From the NCBI GenBank assembly GCA_025059045.1, contig JANXEA010000010.1:53324-117323 (forward strand): 64,000 nucleotides of DNA, written 5' to 3'. The stretch's first letter is position 1; every line of letters begins with the position of its first letter. Shown here piece by piece: positions 28,778 to 39,285 of this stretch. Below the pieces are notes generated by a model, which was not told the origin of the DNA, searched no databases, and saw only the letters and a program-made list of their open reading frames with translations. Both the position numbers and the translations under genes were made by a program. The stretch comes from Candidatus Bathyarchaeota archaeon. GTDB lineage: Archaea; Thermoproteota; Bathyarchaeia; Bathyarchaeales; DTEX01.

Positions 28778-30418
28778 ATGAGTATTCAGAACAGGTTGTT
28801 CGAAGAGATAGCGGGCAAATTCTTGACTAAGTTATTCGAAATCAATCCAGACCTCGCTGTATCTCTAGGGCTTCATGAACCCTATGATTATATGCTGCCC
28901 AATGGATCTTCTTTAAGATTCCAGGAAACTTTGAGGCTGATGGAAGAGTGGCTTGAATGCCTGAAGCGGAATTTGAGGCGTGAGGATCTTAGCGATGAAC
29001 ACAAGATAGATTGGGAAGTTCTGGAAGACTTTTACGAACGCTTAAAGTTCGACTTTTATGATCGGCGAATACATGAGTTGAATCCCGATGTGTCTGAGGA
29101 ATTAGGCGGTCCGATCCTCATAATATTCATGAGGAATTATGCTCCGCTAGAGAAGAGAATTGAGGCGATAGCTGCCCGAATAGAGCAGATGCCGAGATAC
29201 TTGGAAGACTTTCGTACAAGATTTGAGAGGTCGCAGCCAGTCAGGCTGTGGACAGAACTAGCAATAGAAAAGACTCAGAACCTACAGGATTTTTTCCTCT
29301 ATATACTCGAAGCCGTGAAGGGGAAGGTCTCCGAGGAAATTTACAGTAGGCTCGAGAATGCTATTGAGAACGTCAAGGCGGCAATAGAGAGGCAGGTAGA
29401 ATGGCTTCGAAGCTTGCTCGATAATGCAAAAGATGATTGGGCATTAGGCAGGGAGAAATTCGAAAGGCTCATCCAGATTAGAAATCTTGGAATGAGATCT
29501 GAAGAGATTTTGCAGCTAGGCATGGAATACCTTGAACAATTAAAGATGGAGCGCATGAGGATCGCGCAAAAGATAGTTCCGGGAGGATCTGTTGAGGATG
29601 CCCTCAGAGTTGTTGAGTACAAAAGTCCCAGAACGTTTGAGGAGGCACTTGAGTACACTAGAAGAGTAATAGAGGATGCAAAGCGTTTCGTGCAAGAGGC
29701 GGGTATCTTGACTGTTTATCCAGAGGACATATTAATAGTTGAAGAGACCCCGACCTTCTTGACCCCAGTAATACCCTTCGCAGCTCTCATTATGCCAGCA
29801 AAGTTCGATAAACAGCGAATTGGAATCTATTTGGTGACTAGACCTAGGGATGAGATCGACCTCAGGAAACGCCACAATTATCCAGCGATAACAAACACTG
29901 CCGTGCATGAGGCTTTTCCCGGACATTTCCTTCAAGGGGCTCTCGCAAGCCGTGGAAGTGTTATCAGGTTTTTGGCTGAAGGTGTTGAAACAATAGAAGG
30001 TTGGGCTCATTACTGTGAAGATCTCATGAATGAAAAGGGGTTCATCAGGGATCTTGAGACGCGGCTAATCCAGGTTAATGATATGATATGGCGAGCCGTT
30101 CGAATCATCGTTGACGTCAAGCTTTCTCGAGGGGAGATGAGTTTCCAGGAAGCCGTTGAAATGCTGGTTAAAGAGGCTAGAATGTCCGAGGAGGCTGCAA
30201 GAGCGGAGGTAAACCGGTATACGCAGACCCCTGGATACCAACTGTCATACCTTCTGGGGAAGCATTTAATATTGAAACTAAAGAAAGAGATTCAGCAGAG
30301 GATGGGCGAGAGATTCGATGAGAGATTCTTCCACGACACAATAGCCGCCAATGGATACTTGCCAATCTCTTTGATCCGTAAAATCTTCGATAAAAAGATT
30401 AGCGCCCTAACTCATTAA
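28778..30418 (+). CDS. DUF885 family putative metallopeptidase
   Basis: HEAFPGHFLQ, EGWAHYCE, RAVRIIVDVKL, EVNRYTQTPGYQLSY. Confidence 0.9.
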   Translation: MSIQNRLFEEIAGKFLTKLFEINPDLAVSLGLHEPYDYMLPNGSSLRFQETLRLMEEWLECLKRNLRREDLSDEHKIDWEVLEDFYERLKFDFYDRRIHELNPDVSEELGGPILIIFMRNYAPLEKRIEAIAARIEQMPRYLEDFRTRFERSQPVRLWTELAIEKTQNLQDFFLYILEAVKGKVSEEIYSRLENAIENVKAAIERQVEWLRSLLDNAKDDWALGREKFERLIQIRNLGMRSEEILQLGMEYLEQLKMERMRIAQKIVPGGSVEDALRVVEYKSPRTFEEALEYTRRVIEDAKRFVQEAGILTVYPEDILIVEETPTFLTPVIPFAALIMPAKFDKQRIGIYLVTRPRDEIDLRKRHNYPAITNTAVHEAFPGHFLQGALASRGSVIRFLAEGVETIEGWAHYCEDLMNEKGFIRDLETRLIQVNDMIWRAVRIIVDVKLSRGEMSFQEAVEMLVKEARMSEEAARAEVNRYTQTPGYQLSYLLGKHLILKLKKEIQQRMGERFDERFFHDTIAANGYLPISLIRKIFDKKISALTH

Positions 30419-30572
30419 ACCTTCACTTTTCGCCACGATTTCAGATGCAATAATCATGGGCAGCGGACTTGAAACCTCTGGTTAACCAACATTCATGGGG
30501 CGTTGAGCTAATCAGACCATTTAAAAAGCAGAATTAAAGCAGAATTCATTGTCGCAAATAGATTTGAAGGTA

Positions 30573-30884
30573 TCACCCTTCTGGAAGAGATGCAGTCGAG
30601 TTTTTTGTTTTCGCCTCTAGATACTTCTGTCTAATCTTCTCATCAGCTATCCTTGCAATTAGAGCATTAGATATTAGCACATATTTTGCACCTGACAGCT
30701 CAGCCAAGTCTGCTGGCTTCTGGTCTTGCGTTACGAGAATTAGGTCATGCTCTTTAGCGTATTCTACAATCTCCCTATCTTTTGCTCCCTGCAAACCTAT
30801 ATCCTGGACAGTTAGGACTTCCCATCCAAGCATCTCAAAGTATTCTTTTAGCCCAATATACATTTCATCCAGCAACAGTCTCAA
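30573..30884 (-). CDS. DUF5615/PIN-like protein
   Basis: RLLLDEMY..GAKDREIVEYAKEHDLILVTQD. Confidence 0.8.
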   Translation of the reverse strand: MRLLLDEMYIGLKEYFEMLGWEVLTVQDIGLQGAKDREIVEYAKEHDLILVTQDQKPADLAELSGAKYVLISNALIARIADEKIRQKYLEAKTKNSTASLPEG

Positions 30885-31125
30885 CTAATTCACCTTAAGG
30901 ATCATCATTAATATGCAATATAAAATCATTTATTCAACATTCACAGATCATTTCTCTTGTTACCAGCAACTATTTTTTAGTTGAGCATGAAAAGTGAGGA
31001 TTTCATGGAGAAATTCAAGTTTAATCGCGGCTAAATTGTATCGAGGGGCTTTAAAACTTATGCATATGAAAGGTTGAATAGAGATGTAGTAGACGCTTCG
31101 CCCTCATTTGGTTGGAGAGGTCTAA

Positions 31126-31737
31126 TTGAGGAAGATCTACTTCGACAGGTATGTCTTCTATGTTTTCGATGGGGTTTATGAACCCGCGGAAGACACTTTC
31201 TTGATTGCTGAGAGTCTAGAAGATTTCGAAGCCAAGGATGTCTTGGAAATTGGCACAGGCTGCGGGATTCTATCGATTATCTCCGCTGAGAAAGCAGAGA
31301 AAGTTGTGGCTACGGATGTAAACCCTGTCGCTTTGAGATGCGCGAAATTTAATGCGAAAGTGAACGGCGTCCATGAAAAGATAGACTTCATCCAAGGGGA
31401 TCTGTTTGGACCCTTAAGAAGAGGCACATCGTTCGACATGATTCTTTTTAATCCGCCTTACTTGCCGACAGAAGAGGCACCCTCAGACTGGATCGACTAT
31501 GCATGGTCAGGCGGCCAGAACGGAAGAAGCGTGATAGATAGATTTCTGGGACAAGTAAGCCAGCATCTTAAGCCCGGAGGCCGCATCCTTCTTGCGCAGT
31601 CATCATTATCTAACATCGAATTAACCATGAGAAAACTCGAATTGCAGGGATTCGAAACGAATATTCTTAAAGAGAAGAGGGTGCCATTTGAGTCGATAAT
31701 ACTGGTTTACGGCAGAAGAACACTTGCTTCTACCTGA
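31126..31737 (+). CDS. HemK2/Mtq2-type protein-glutamine methyltransferase
   Basis: VYEPAEDTFL, LEIGTGCG, FNPPYLP. Confidence 0.9.
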   Translation: MRKIYFDRYVFYVFDGVYEPAEDTFLIAESLEDFEAKDVLEIGTGCGILSIISAEKAEKVVATDVNPVALRCAKFNAKVNGVHEKIDFIQGDLFGPLRRGTSFDMILFNPPYLPTEEAPSDWIDYAWSGGQNGRSVIDRFLGQVSQHLKPGGRILLAQSSLSNIELTMRKLELQGFETNILKEKRVPFESIILVYGRRTLAST

Positions 31738-31993
31738 ACACTATGTGTCGCGCAACCGACTAAGGGGACAAAGATTGGTGAAGCATGAAAGTTGGGCAAT
31801 TCTCGATGCCTATCTCTTGTTTCGTGACACTTTTCAGTTTCAGTCACATTACCATGTGTTCTGCTCCAAGATTTAATCAATCGTCATTAAGCTTTGTTCT
31901 CAACCGAAAAGTGAAATAATTTCTAACCATAATTGTATTATGCTGAGACAGGCTGTTGGAGTGCTGGATTTTCTTTTTGCGGTTAGGCGGATG

Positions 31994-32230
31994 TCATATT
32001 GTTGATTTCAGAAGGTCTCTTATCTCGTTTACAGTGCTCTCTATAATATCTAGCCTGTGCCTAAAGTCTTCCATGATGGCCCTCAATTGAATCTAGACTT
32101 GTTTTCTCCTTTGACTTGCTGCGGGCCTCTATCTCTTTAACCTGGCCCATTTTGAGAACATTCCGACAAAGATGCCTAGTGTAGCGCATGTCAAGCCGAA
32201 AAAGGCCCATAGAATTGGCTCTAACACCAT
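31994..32230 (-). pseudogene. Interrupted small membrane-anchored coiled-coil protein
   Basis: GAGGTG SD and ATG overlapping the ArsR stop; TM segment, two in-frame TAG codons, then a coiled coil ending in TGA. Confidence 0.55.
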
Positions 32231-32553
32231 TGGTTCACCTCCTCTAAAATTTTTTTCGGGCTAATCTCAAATTTGAAATCTCTGATTTCGTAGTAGGATT
32301 TGTTGAGAGGTGGAAGACCCTCTCTGGCAATGGTCTCTCTTTCCCCCTCCATGACCAGCCCCGCTCTTACAAGTTTTCTTAAGTGCAGAAAGACCAGAGG
32401 GGGAGACATCTTCAGCTTTTCCGACAATTCTGTAACTGTATATCTTCCGCTGGCAAGACTGGCCAGTATTTTTAACCGTTGTGGATTTGATAAGGCCTTG
32501 AGAACCTCAAGAAAGCATGTGTTTCCGTTGTTCTGCCCGAACTCATTTTCCAT
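32221..32553 (-). CDS. ArsR-family HTH regulator
   Basis: LKALSNPQRLKILASL..TVTELSEKLKMSPPLVFLHLRKLVRAGLV; likely start ATG 32553. Confidence 0.88.
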   Translation of the reverse strand: MENEFGQNNGNTCFLEVLKALSNPQRLKILASLASGRYTVTELSEKLKMSPPLVFLHLRKLVRAGLVMEGERETIAREGLPPLNKSYYEIRDFKFEISPKKILEEVNQWC

Positions 32554-33005
32554 AGGGGTATTAAATGGCAAGGGGCCCTTATTAAGTTTTTTATTAAAAA
32601 GGTTTCTTAGAGGAAAAATAAAAATGCCCCTAGTAAACGTGCTCCTCTGCCAAAAAGACGGCTCCAATTCAAGTGGCGAAGGGTACAGATTAATCTCTAA
32701 ACTCTTATAGACTAGTCTCCAATATCCTCGCATGCTTAAAAAATAATGCCTCAGGAAGAGAAAATGAAGATAACGAGATCTCACGCAACTTAACTATTGG
32801 CAACCCCTGTTTAAAAGCTGAAGACGAAAAACTGCGCTATTATAAGACTTCTGGCTTTCTTCCCTTCTTTTTAAGCTTCTTCCCGATGATTTCTCAATCT
32901 CCATTTGAAGCAATAACGGGTCGCAAAAGCAAACTAATGTTAAAGTTTACATAATTCTTTTATTAGTACGCGTAAAAAGGATATTGCAGCAAAAAGTGAA
33001 AAAGA

Positions 33006-33527
33006 TTGCTTAGGATCGAGAAAATTGATGAAGACACATTTTTAAGGGTTCCAGACCCGTGTAGGCGCTGCATTTATTGGCAAACAGTTGGAGAGTTCAA
33101 TTCCTCCTCCATGGGCAAAGGTGGAGAGGAAGAAAAGATGCGTTGGCTAAAGAGAGTACTGAGAGAATTTGGGTGCTGCATTAAAGTAGCATGCCTTGGT
33201 GATGTAATAGGTGTTATGCAGTATGCTCCAGCAATATACTTTCCGCGCGTGAGAGAGTATATTTCCGGACCGCCAAATGAGGACGCTGCATTTATAGCAT
33301 GTCTTTACATCCTGGATAAGGATCAGAGGGGGAAGGGCTACGGTACGCTTATGCTTAAAAATCTGACGGAGGAATTAAAAGAAAAGGGATTTATAGCCGT
33401 TGAAACCTTTGCAAGAATTAGTTCTGAAAACAATCCGTCAGGACCATTAACCTTCTATTTGAGGAATAACTTCAAAGTAGTGAGAAGGAAAGATGATTTC
33501 CCTCTTGTCCGCCTTGAACTTAAATAA
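33006..33527 (+). CDS. GNAT-family acetyltransferase
   Basis: CRRCIYWQ, IACLYI..QRGKGYGTLML acetyl-CoA motif A. Confidence 0.85.
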   Translation: MLRIEKIDEDTFLRVPDPCRRCIYWQTVGEFNSSSMGKGGEEEKMRWLKRVLREFGCCIKVACLGDVIGVMQYAPAIYFPRVREYISGPPNEDAAFIACLYILDKDQRGKGYGTLMLKNLTEELKEKGFIAVETFARISSENNPSGPLTFYLRNNFKVVRRKDDFPLVRLELK

Positions 33528-33680
33528 TGATTAACGCCTTCAGATCGCTTTTCAATTGTGTCTAAAGATTGTAAGGTGAAGTAGTCTCTGATCTGTCAAA
33601 AGGTTAATTAATGGCCGTATGCGCCTACTAATTTTATTAAAAGAGATGAGAAATATCGTTAAAACAGCAAAAAAATAATG

Positions 33681-34032
33681 TTAAAGTAGCCATTTGAGCG
33701 GTATGTCTTGGTATGTCTTGCCGTCTGGTAGTGTTCTGCGGATAGTTATTGGGAGCACTCCCCTCTTCAGCTCTTCTATTGCGATGTCTATTGGGCTTGC
33801 GTTTTTCTTAGAGGGCTTTATTAGAACTGGTGCTCCCATTGCGATTTGAAGTGCTCTCGCCCCCACTATTCTAGCCATCTCGAAACGCGTGAGTTTAGGC
33901 GGACCTATGATCTCCTTCTTCCCAGAACCCGTCTTATTATAACTCTCCTTTATAATGTTTTTTTATGAAAGGAGCTGTGAGGATTGGAGGATCGAGCATA
34001 GACTGATTTTCTTCCAAATTGGCCATAAACAT
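33681..34032 (-). CDS. rpoK: RNA polymerase subunit Rpo6 (K), frameshifted near an A7 run
   Basis: [34 protein letters not shown]; the SD-preceded ATG at 34032 is in a different frame from the conserved core. Confidence 0.9.
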
Positions 34033-34172
34033 GTAGATCCTCCAGATTAATGCAACAAGAAAATCGACGAGAAAATATAAATTTTACTAATTTTTTCTGG
34101 GCTGAAGGCGTAATCATCATAATTCTGCGTAAAGCTTAAAATGTCCTTTAATTATCGAATCTAGGAGTCAAC

Positions 34173-34835
34173 TTGTCAACCGAAGACCTCACTCTACAGG
34201 ATATAGTAGTAATGTATGATAGGGATCTAGGACCCTTCATCTTTAAAGACTTCAGAAGTTATAACAGCCTACTAGATGATGCGGAATGGCTCCTTGAAAG
34301 AAGCCACCAGAGGTCACGCGGTTTCATAATAAGGCCTGTAAGGCAAGGCTCTCGAGATGGGTTATGGATTGGCGAATATGACCATGGAGCAAGCAGGATA
34401 AGTAGGCAGGAACTCATCTTTGACGAGGGGGCTTCAGAACTCAGCCGAATCATGGTGTTGTATGCGAATAGAAGGGTTTCGGAGAAGAGGCTCTTCAATG
34501 CTATATCTGTAGAGATGCTTAGAGCGAAACTGAAAAGCGAGATAATTAAGGATTTCAAGTATTATCACTGTCCCACTGACCGTTTCTTTGAAAAATGCGT
34601 ATCGGCTGAGAAAGTATATGCTGAATTGCTTAAGAAATATGGGAAAGGAAAAAAGATTCCATATGCAAAGGTCGCTGAGGAAATTTGGAGAGCTAAACGA
34701 TGCGAAGATGTAGTGGTGTGCCCGTTAATGACTTCAAATATGTTTGAGAGTGTCCTCAACATTAATAAGGTGTTAAAAAGCAGAAAAATTGGTGAAATAA
34801 AGTTCATTACGCCGGGCCTAGTTGAGCTTGTTTAG
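34173..34835 (+). CDS. Hypothetical protein with a four-Cys pattern
   Basis: 220-aa ORF with AGGAG SD; Cys residues in HCP..EKC and RC..VVCP. Confidence 0.7.
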   Translation: MSTEDLTLQDIVVMYDRDLGPFIFKDFRSYNSLLDDAEWLLERSHQRSRGFIIRPVRQGSRDGLWIGEYDHGASRISRQELIFDEGASELSRIMVLYANRRVSEKRLFNAISVEMLRAKLKSEIIKDFKYYHCPTDRFFEKCVSAEKVYAELLKKYGKGKKIPYAKVAEEIWRAKRCEDVVVCPLMTSNMFESVLNINKVLKSRKIGEIKFITPGLVELV

Positions 34836-34844
34836 GTAGCGACT

Positions 34845-35321
34845 TTAATGATGATTAGACAGCTGTCTAGCTTTGAGAAGTGTATTCTTTATCTTACTCC
34901 AGTGGCTTCCCTGCCAATATATCTGCCCGCAGTTTGGACATATCCAGAAATTATTATAGAAACGTGATGTCGAATCCGGTATTCTATCAATAATCTCCTC
35001 TTTCTTAACTGACCGTAGAAGTATGTTACACTTTGGGCAGCGTGAACGATCTACATCTATCTCGAGCTTAATCCCAAAACGTCTGGCAACCTCGGCAAGC
35101 CTTTCCACCTCATTTTGGCCTTTAAGGAGATAAGATTGAAGCCCTAAAATGGACGCCCTCCTGTGAAGCTCAGCATCCCTGGTAATAAGGATTCGGCCTT
35201 CCCTTGCCGCGGTTTGTATTAGTTCTTCATCGTCGAGGTTATTATAGTACTCAACATCGCAGCCCAGCATCCTGAGCCATCTACTCAGCTTGCCCAGCAT
35301 CCCGTCTGCGAGAAATTTCAT
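34845..35321 (-). CDS. Mut7-C RNase domain protein (DUF82)
   Basis: KFLADGMLGKLSRWLRMLG, SRCPKCN, CPNCGQIYWQGSHW. Confidence 0.92.
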   Translation of the reverse strand: MKFLADGMLGKLSRWLRMLGCDVEYYNNLDDEELIQTAAREGRILITRDAELHRRASILGLQSYLLKGQNEVERLAEVARRFGIKLEIDVDRSRCPKCNILLRSVKKEEIIDRIPDSTSRFYNNFWICPNCGQIYWQGSHWSKIKNTLLKARQLSNHH

Positions 35322-35332
35322 CCCGCGAATCC

Positions 35333-36670
35333 CTATCCCTTAATTATTCGACCTTCACCAGGCTTAGCAACTATTTCTCCTTCATCCATAATTAAGCGTC
35401 CGTTGACAAAAGTCTTTATAGGTTTACCCTTAACCTTCCACCCGTCAAAAGGTGAGAACTTGGCTTTCGAATGAAATTTCGACGCGTCAATCCTCCATTC
35501 TTTCTTAACGTCCACGACTGTCAGGTCGGCGTAGTTCCCCTCTTCAATCCTTCCACGCTTCTCGATGCAAAATATTTCTGCAGGCCTCTCAGCAGCGGCA
35601 TTGACCAGTCTTGAAAGCGAGAGAACCCCATCGTTAACCTTTGTCAACATGAGCGGCAGCAATGTTTCCAAACCGGGAAATCCCGGTGAAACATCCCAAA
35701 CAGATGGCTTCTTTTTTTCTTCTAATGCGTGCGGAGCATGATCTGATGCTAGAATGTCAATTGAACCCGATATCAGGGCGGTCCATAAAACTTCAGTGTC
35801 AGATTTGGGTCTAAGTGGAGGATTAGTTAGAGCGAAGCTTCCTATTTCTCTTAAAAATTCTGATTGAAGTAGTAGATGATGGGGTGTAACTTCACAACTA
35901 ACCTTCATTCCTGAAGCCTTCGCCTCGTAGACCATCTCCATACCGCGACCCGTTGTTAGATGGCATATGTGAACGCGAGCTCCGCTAATCTCCGCAATCT
36001 TCAATATACGTTTTATCGCTGTAATTTCAGCCTCCTCGGAATGCACCGCGAGATAAGCATCCAAATCATTTCTTCCTTCCCTCTTCATTTTTTGCAATGA
36101 AGAGACCATGTAGGATGCATCTTCAGCGTGGACTGCAACAGGGACATGGGTATATGCCACCTTTCTAAACACTTCTAGGACGGCTTCATGATCAATTGGG
36201 TCTACACCGCCAATTTTTTCCGACATGAAGAACTTGAAGCCTTTTGCTCCCTCCTTTACTATACATTCAATCTCATCAATTCGTTCAGGAAAGGCTGAGT
36301 AGAAGGCAACGTTCACGATTACCCTTCGAGAGGATGTGTTCATTCGTTCTTTGAGGCTCTCTACGCTCATTGTGACAGGTCTATTGTTAGGCATATCAAT
36401 AACCAATGTGACCCCGCCATTCGCCGCTGCCGATGTCCCAGTAAAAAAATCTTCTTTATAATCTAGACATTGATCTCTCAGGTGGACATGCGCATCTATA
36501 AGTCCTGGAAGGACAACGTGCCTATCCAAATTCATCTTTTTCGAAGCGGTCGGAAGATTTGTTTCTTTGCCAATCTTGACAATCTTGTCTCCATCTATGG
36601 CTAAACCTGCTTCAACCAACCCTTGGCGAAGGAAAATCTTAGAGTTCACTAGTACAAGGTCGACAGGCAA
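35333..36670 (-). CDS. pyrC: Dihydroorotase (type I amidohydrolase)
   Basis: PGLIDAHVHLRD, DMPNN, EVTPHHL, NPPLR, SDHAPH. Confidence 0.85.
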   Translation of the reverse strand: MPVDLVLVNSKIFLRQGLVEAGLAIDGDKIVKIGKETNLPTASKKMNLDRHVVLPGLIDAHVHLRDQCLDYKEDFFTGTSAAANGGVTLVIDMPNNRPVTMSVESLKERMNTSSRRVIVNVAFYSAFPERIDEIECIVKEGAKGFKFFMSEKIGGVDPIDHEAVLEVFRKVAYTHVPVAVHAEDASYMVSSLQKMKREGRNDLDAYLAVHSEEAEITAIKRILKIAEISGARVHICHLTTGRGMEMVYEAKASGMKVSCEVTPHHLLLQSEFLREIGSFALTNPPLRPKSDTEVLWTALISGSIDILASDHAPHALEEKKKPSVWDVSPGFPGLETLLPLMLTKVNDGVLSLSRLVNAAAERPAEIFCIEKRGRIEEGNYADLTVVDVKKEWRIDASKFHSKAKFSPFDGWKVKGKPIKTFVNGRLIMDEGEIVAKPGEGRIIKG

Positions 36671-36772
36671 GTTTATCCTCCAATAGAATATGATGAAGGA
36701 GTGAATAAATAAGGGTTCACAAGAGTGAATCTGAAGAGACTAAGATCTTGACTGAGAATTGGGAATTAAGGG

Positions 36773-37354
36773 TTAGTATTCAGACTGGATGAGCTCGATG
36801 CGGCATTCCTCGCAAATGAATTTTCCTTCGAACTCCCTCAAATTGTCTGACCATTCTCCACAATTGTCACAATACCCAGTTGATGAAGGGGTCTCCTCTA
36901 TTTCTTCCATGTTCTGATTTTCTATACGGGCTCTCTCCCGTATTATTTCTATAAGTTCAGGTGTCACAGCGAGAATATCCTTGCTTGATATTATTCCGGC
37001 TAATTCCCCCTTATGCATAACTGCCAGTCTTCGTATATTCTGTAGGCTCATTCTCCTAGCTGCTTCGCTTATCGTTTGATCAGCATCAATGGTGATTAGA
37101 GGAGAACTCATTATCTTCTTTGCAGAAATTTTGCTTGGCTTAAGATCATTTGCAACAACTCTCTCTGCAAGATCCCTCTCAGTAATTATGCCGATAGGCT
37201 TATTCTCCGCAGAGGTAACTATAATGCATCCAACATCATGCTTCTTCATCAACTTGGCCACTTCGGAAGATGGTGTGTCCTCTTTCACCGTTATTACTGG
37301 ACTTGTCATGACATCTTTGACCAGCATCTTTGACCTTACATCTAGAGCAGTCAT
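36773..37354 (-). CDS. CBS-pair protein with C-terminal Zn ribbon
   Basis: VKDVMTSPVITV, GIITERD, GYCDNCG..CEEC. Confidence 0.9.
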   Translation of the reverse strand: MTALDVRSKMLVKDVMTSPVITVKEDTPSSEVAKLMKKHDVGCIIVTSAENKPIGIITERDLAERVVANDLKPSKISAKKIMSSPLITIDADQTISEAARRMSLQNIRRLAVMHKGELAGIISSKDILAVTPELIEIIRERARIENQNMEEIEETPSSTGYCDNCGEWSDNLREFEGKFICEECRIELIQSEY

Positions 37355-37544
37355 GCTTCATTCCCGCTTCAAGATCTGCGCCACGCTAGCATATGCTAAA
37401 CCATTATTTTAGATTTATGTTGTGAAGGGAAAAACGTTCATGAAAAATAATTTTACTGATCGTTATTATATAAATCGAGCATATCCTTATGGAGTGAAGG
37501 TTAAAGGGGTGCAATTAAGTTAAATTGAACGTTTTTCCCCCATG

Positions 37545-38111
37545 TTAGGAAGATGACTGGTTATGCGACAAGGAAGTACCAGTTCCCTCGCAGAGGGCAA
37601 GTATTTCTTCATGAAGATTAACGATCCTTCTGATTGCCGGATGATTTGAACCAAGCTCTCCCTCTAACTTCTTCAGTGTCACCTCGATTGGAACAACTTT
37701 TGCATCCTCTATAAGCTTGTCTGCGTATGCGACGATCTTCTCCTCAATCGTCCTGGGAATATAATCCTTTTTTGGCCAACCCAACTCAGACGCTTCGCTT
37801 TCACTTATACCGCCCCCAACATGCCTTTCTATTATGGAGACGATAGACTGCGGCAGATTGAGAGACCGTGCGATATCCGCTCCGACTACGGCATGGTGCA
37901 CAGTATGAGTTCTTGATCGACCGATGTCATGTAAAAGTGCTCCTATGCGCACCAATTCAACATTAACTTTTACTCCGTTTTTTGCACATTTTTCTGCGAT
38001 TTTCAGTGCTAGCTCCGCGACCGCTTTACAATGATCTACCACAGGCAGAGAGCAACCATTTTCTATAAGAATCTTGATGGCTTCTTCAGGAGGAGGCAGC
38101 CTCTCACTCAC
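37545..38111 (-). CDS. HD/HDIG-domain metallohydrolase (TIGR00295-like)
   Basis: LLHDIGRS, ERHVGGG, EEKIVAYADKL. Confidence 0.9.
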   Translation of the reverse strand: MSERLPPPEEAIKILIENGCSLPVVDHCKAVAELALKIAEKCAKNGVKVNVELVRIGALLHDIGRSRTHTVHHAVVGADIARSLNLPQSIVSIIERHVGGGISESEASELGWPKKDYIPRTIEEKIVAYADKLIEDAKVVPIEVTLKKLEGELGSNHPAIRRIVNLHEEILALCEGTGTSLSHNQSSS

Positions 38112-38622
38112 TTATCTCACTTCTCAGCTGATTGATCTTTTTTGAGAGAAACTCGACAATTCTATTATTGTCAAAGTGTGAAAGGGGCTTATTACACTTT
38201 GGACATCTGAAGATAGATTCAGCCGCCTCCTCAAACGTTAGACGTTTGCATCCAGGCGTATTGCAGTAGTAGAACTCATGGCTCCTCTCGTATTCCAACC
38301 TCTTTTCAAGTTTTGTCAGAACATGCCTCTTCTGATTTGTCAGAAATCCTTCAACCTGGTCAGGTTGAAGTCTCCAATGAAAAATAAACCATCCTGTATC
38401 CTTGTCCCGCGTCCTTCTAAGCCCGACTATTGAGTGATCATAAAGCCTATACAATATCTTTCTGACATTGTTGAGTTTTATATCAGTCTTGCTAACTATT
38501 TCCTCGTCTGTGATCTCGTCAACCTTGCTGAGTAACTCAACTATCTTTACCGCCTCTTCGCCGCCGAGAACATGCGCCACCTTCAGAAGCGTCTCATAGC
38601 TAACAAGAGACATTAAGCCCAC
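38104..38622 (-). CDS. tfe: Transcription factor E alpha
   Basis: TDEEI..LNNVRKILYRLY..RDKDTGWFIFHW, FEEA..FRCPKC. Confidence 0.95.
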   Translation of the reverse strand: MGLMSLVSYETLLKVAHVLGGEEAVKIVELLSKVDEITDEEIVSKTDIKLNNVRKILYRLYDHSIVGLRRTRDKDTGWFIFHWRLQPDQVEGFLTNQKRHVLTKLEKRLEYERSHEFYYCNTPGCKRLTFEEAAESIFRCPKCNKPLSHFDNNRIVEFLSKKINQLRSEISE

Positions 38623-38715
38623 CGGTATATTGGATATCGATTTTCACAGTCTCCTCATAATCATTTATTCACGATCAACCTATATCCAGTAAATATATTT
38701 TTTACGTTGAAGAAC

Positions 38716-39285
38716 TTAAATCAATCGATCATCCTGCCCACTTATCTTCTCCATTTTGGCAATCTTTTTTCCTCTTATTTGTGGAATAATCCGTACTTTA
38801 GCATTCTCGAATTCCATTTGGAGCTCCTTTCCTTCTAGGAGCTCATGTAGGAAGATGCTTAGTGCGCTTATCTCAGAGTGTGGCTGAGACGTTACTGATA
38901 TGTTCCAGTCAGCAATCTTAAAGACTTCTGAGGGAACCTTCGGTCCGCCTACAATGATAAGCTTGTCTCTGGAAGAGGCTCTTATCTCGCCTATTTTCTC
39001 TTGAAGTGGGATCCCGTACATGGTGAGATGTATGCTTTCACCCTCAGCGTCCTTCCAAAGCTTGAGGACTCGCTTCCAGTCTCTTACATATTCAACTCGA
39101 AAGGAGCCCCCCCATACCTCATTAACCCTGCTAATACTCTTCTCAATCATTTCATCTCGGTCGCCAGTATAATAGGCTCCATCCGCTCCAAGCGCCCTCG
39201 CTGCGAGGAATAAATGTGTCGTCGCTCTTTTGTCGCGTCTTATTCTATGACCTAATCTAAGCACGTAGATTCGCCAATTCTTCAA
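38716..39285 (-). CDS. trm56: tRNA (cytidine-56-2'-O)-methyltransferase aTrm56
   Basis: VLRLGHR..RDKR.TTH..ARALGA, HLTMYG, QPHSEISAL. Confidence 0.93.
   Translation of the reverse strand: MKNWRIYVLRLGHRIRRDKRATTHLFLAARALGADGAYYTGDRDEMIEKSISRVNEVWGGSFRVEYVRDWKRVLKLWKDAEGESIHLTMYGIPLQEKIGEIRASSRDKLIIVGGPKVPSEVFKIADWNISVTSQPHSEISALSIFLHELLEGKELQMEFENAKVRIIPQIRGKKIAKMEKISGQDDRLI

Noticed and set aside
32554..32784. 77-aa N-terminal extension of the ArsR ORF
   Set aside because: It runs through AT-rich promoter-like DNA; ATG 32553 gives a normal-sized ArsR protein
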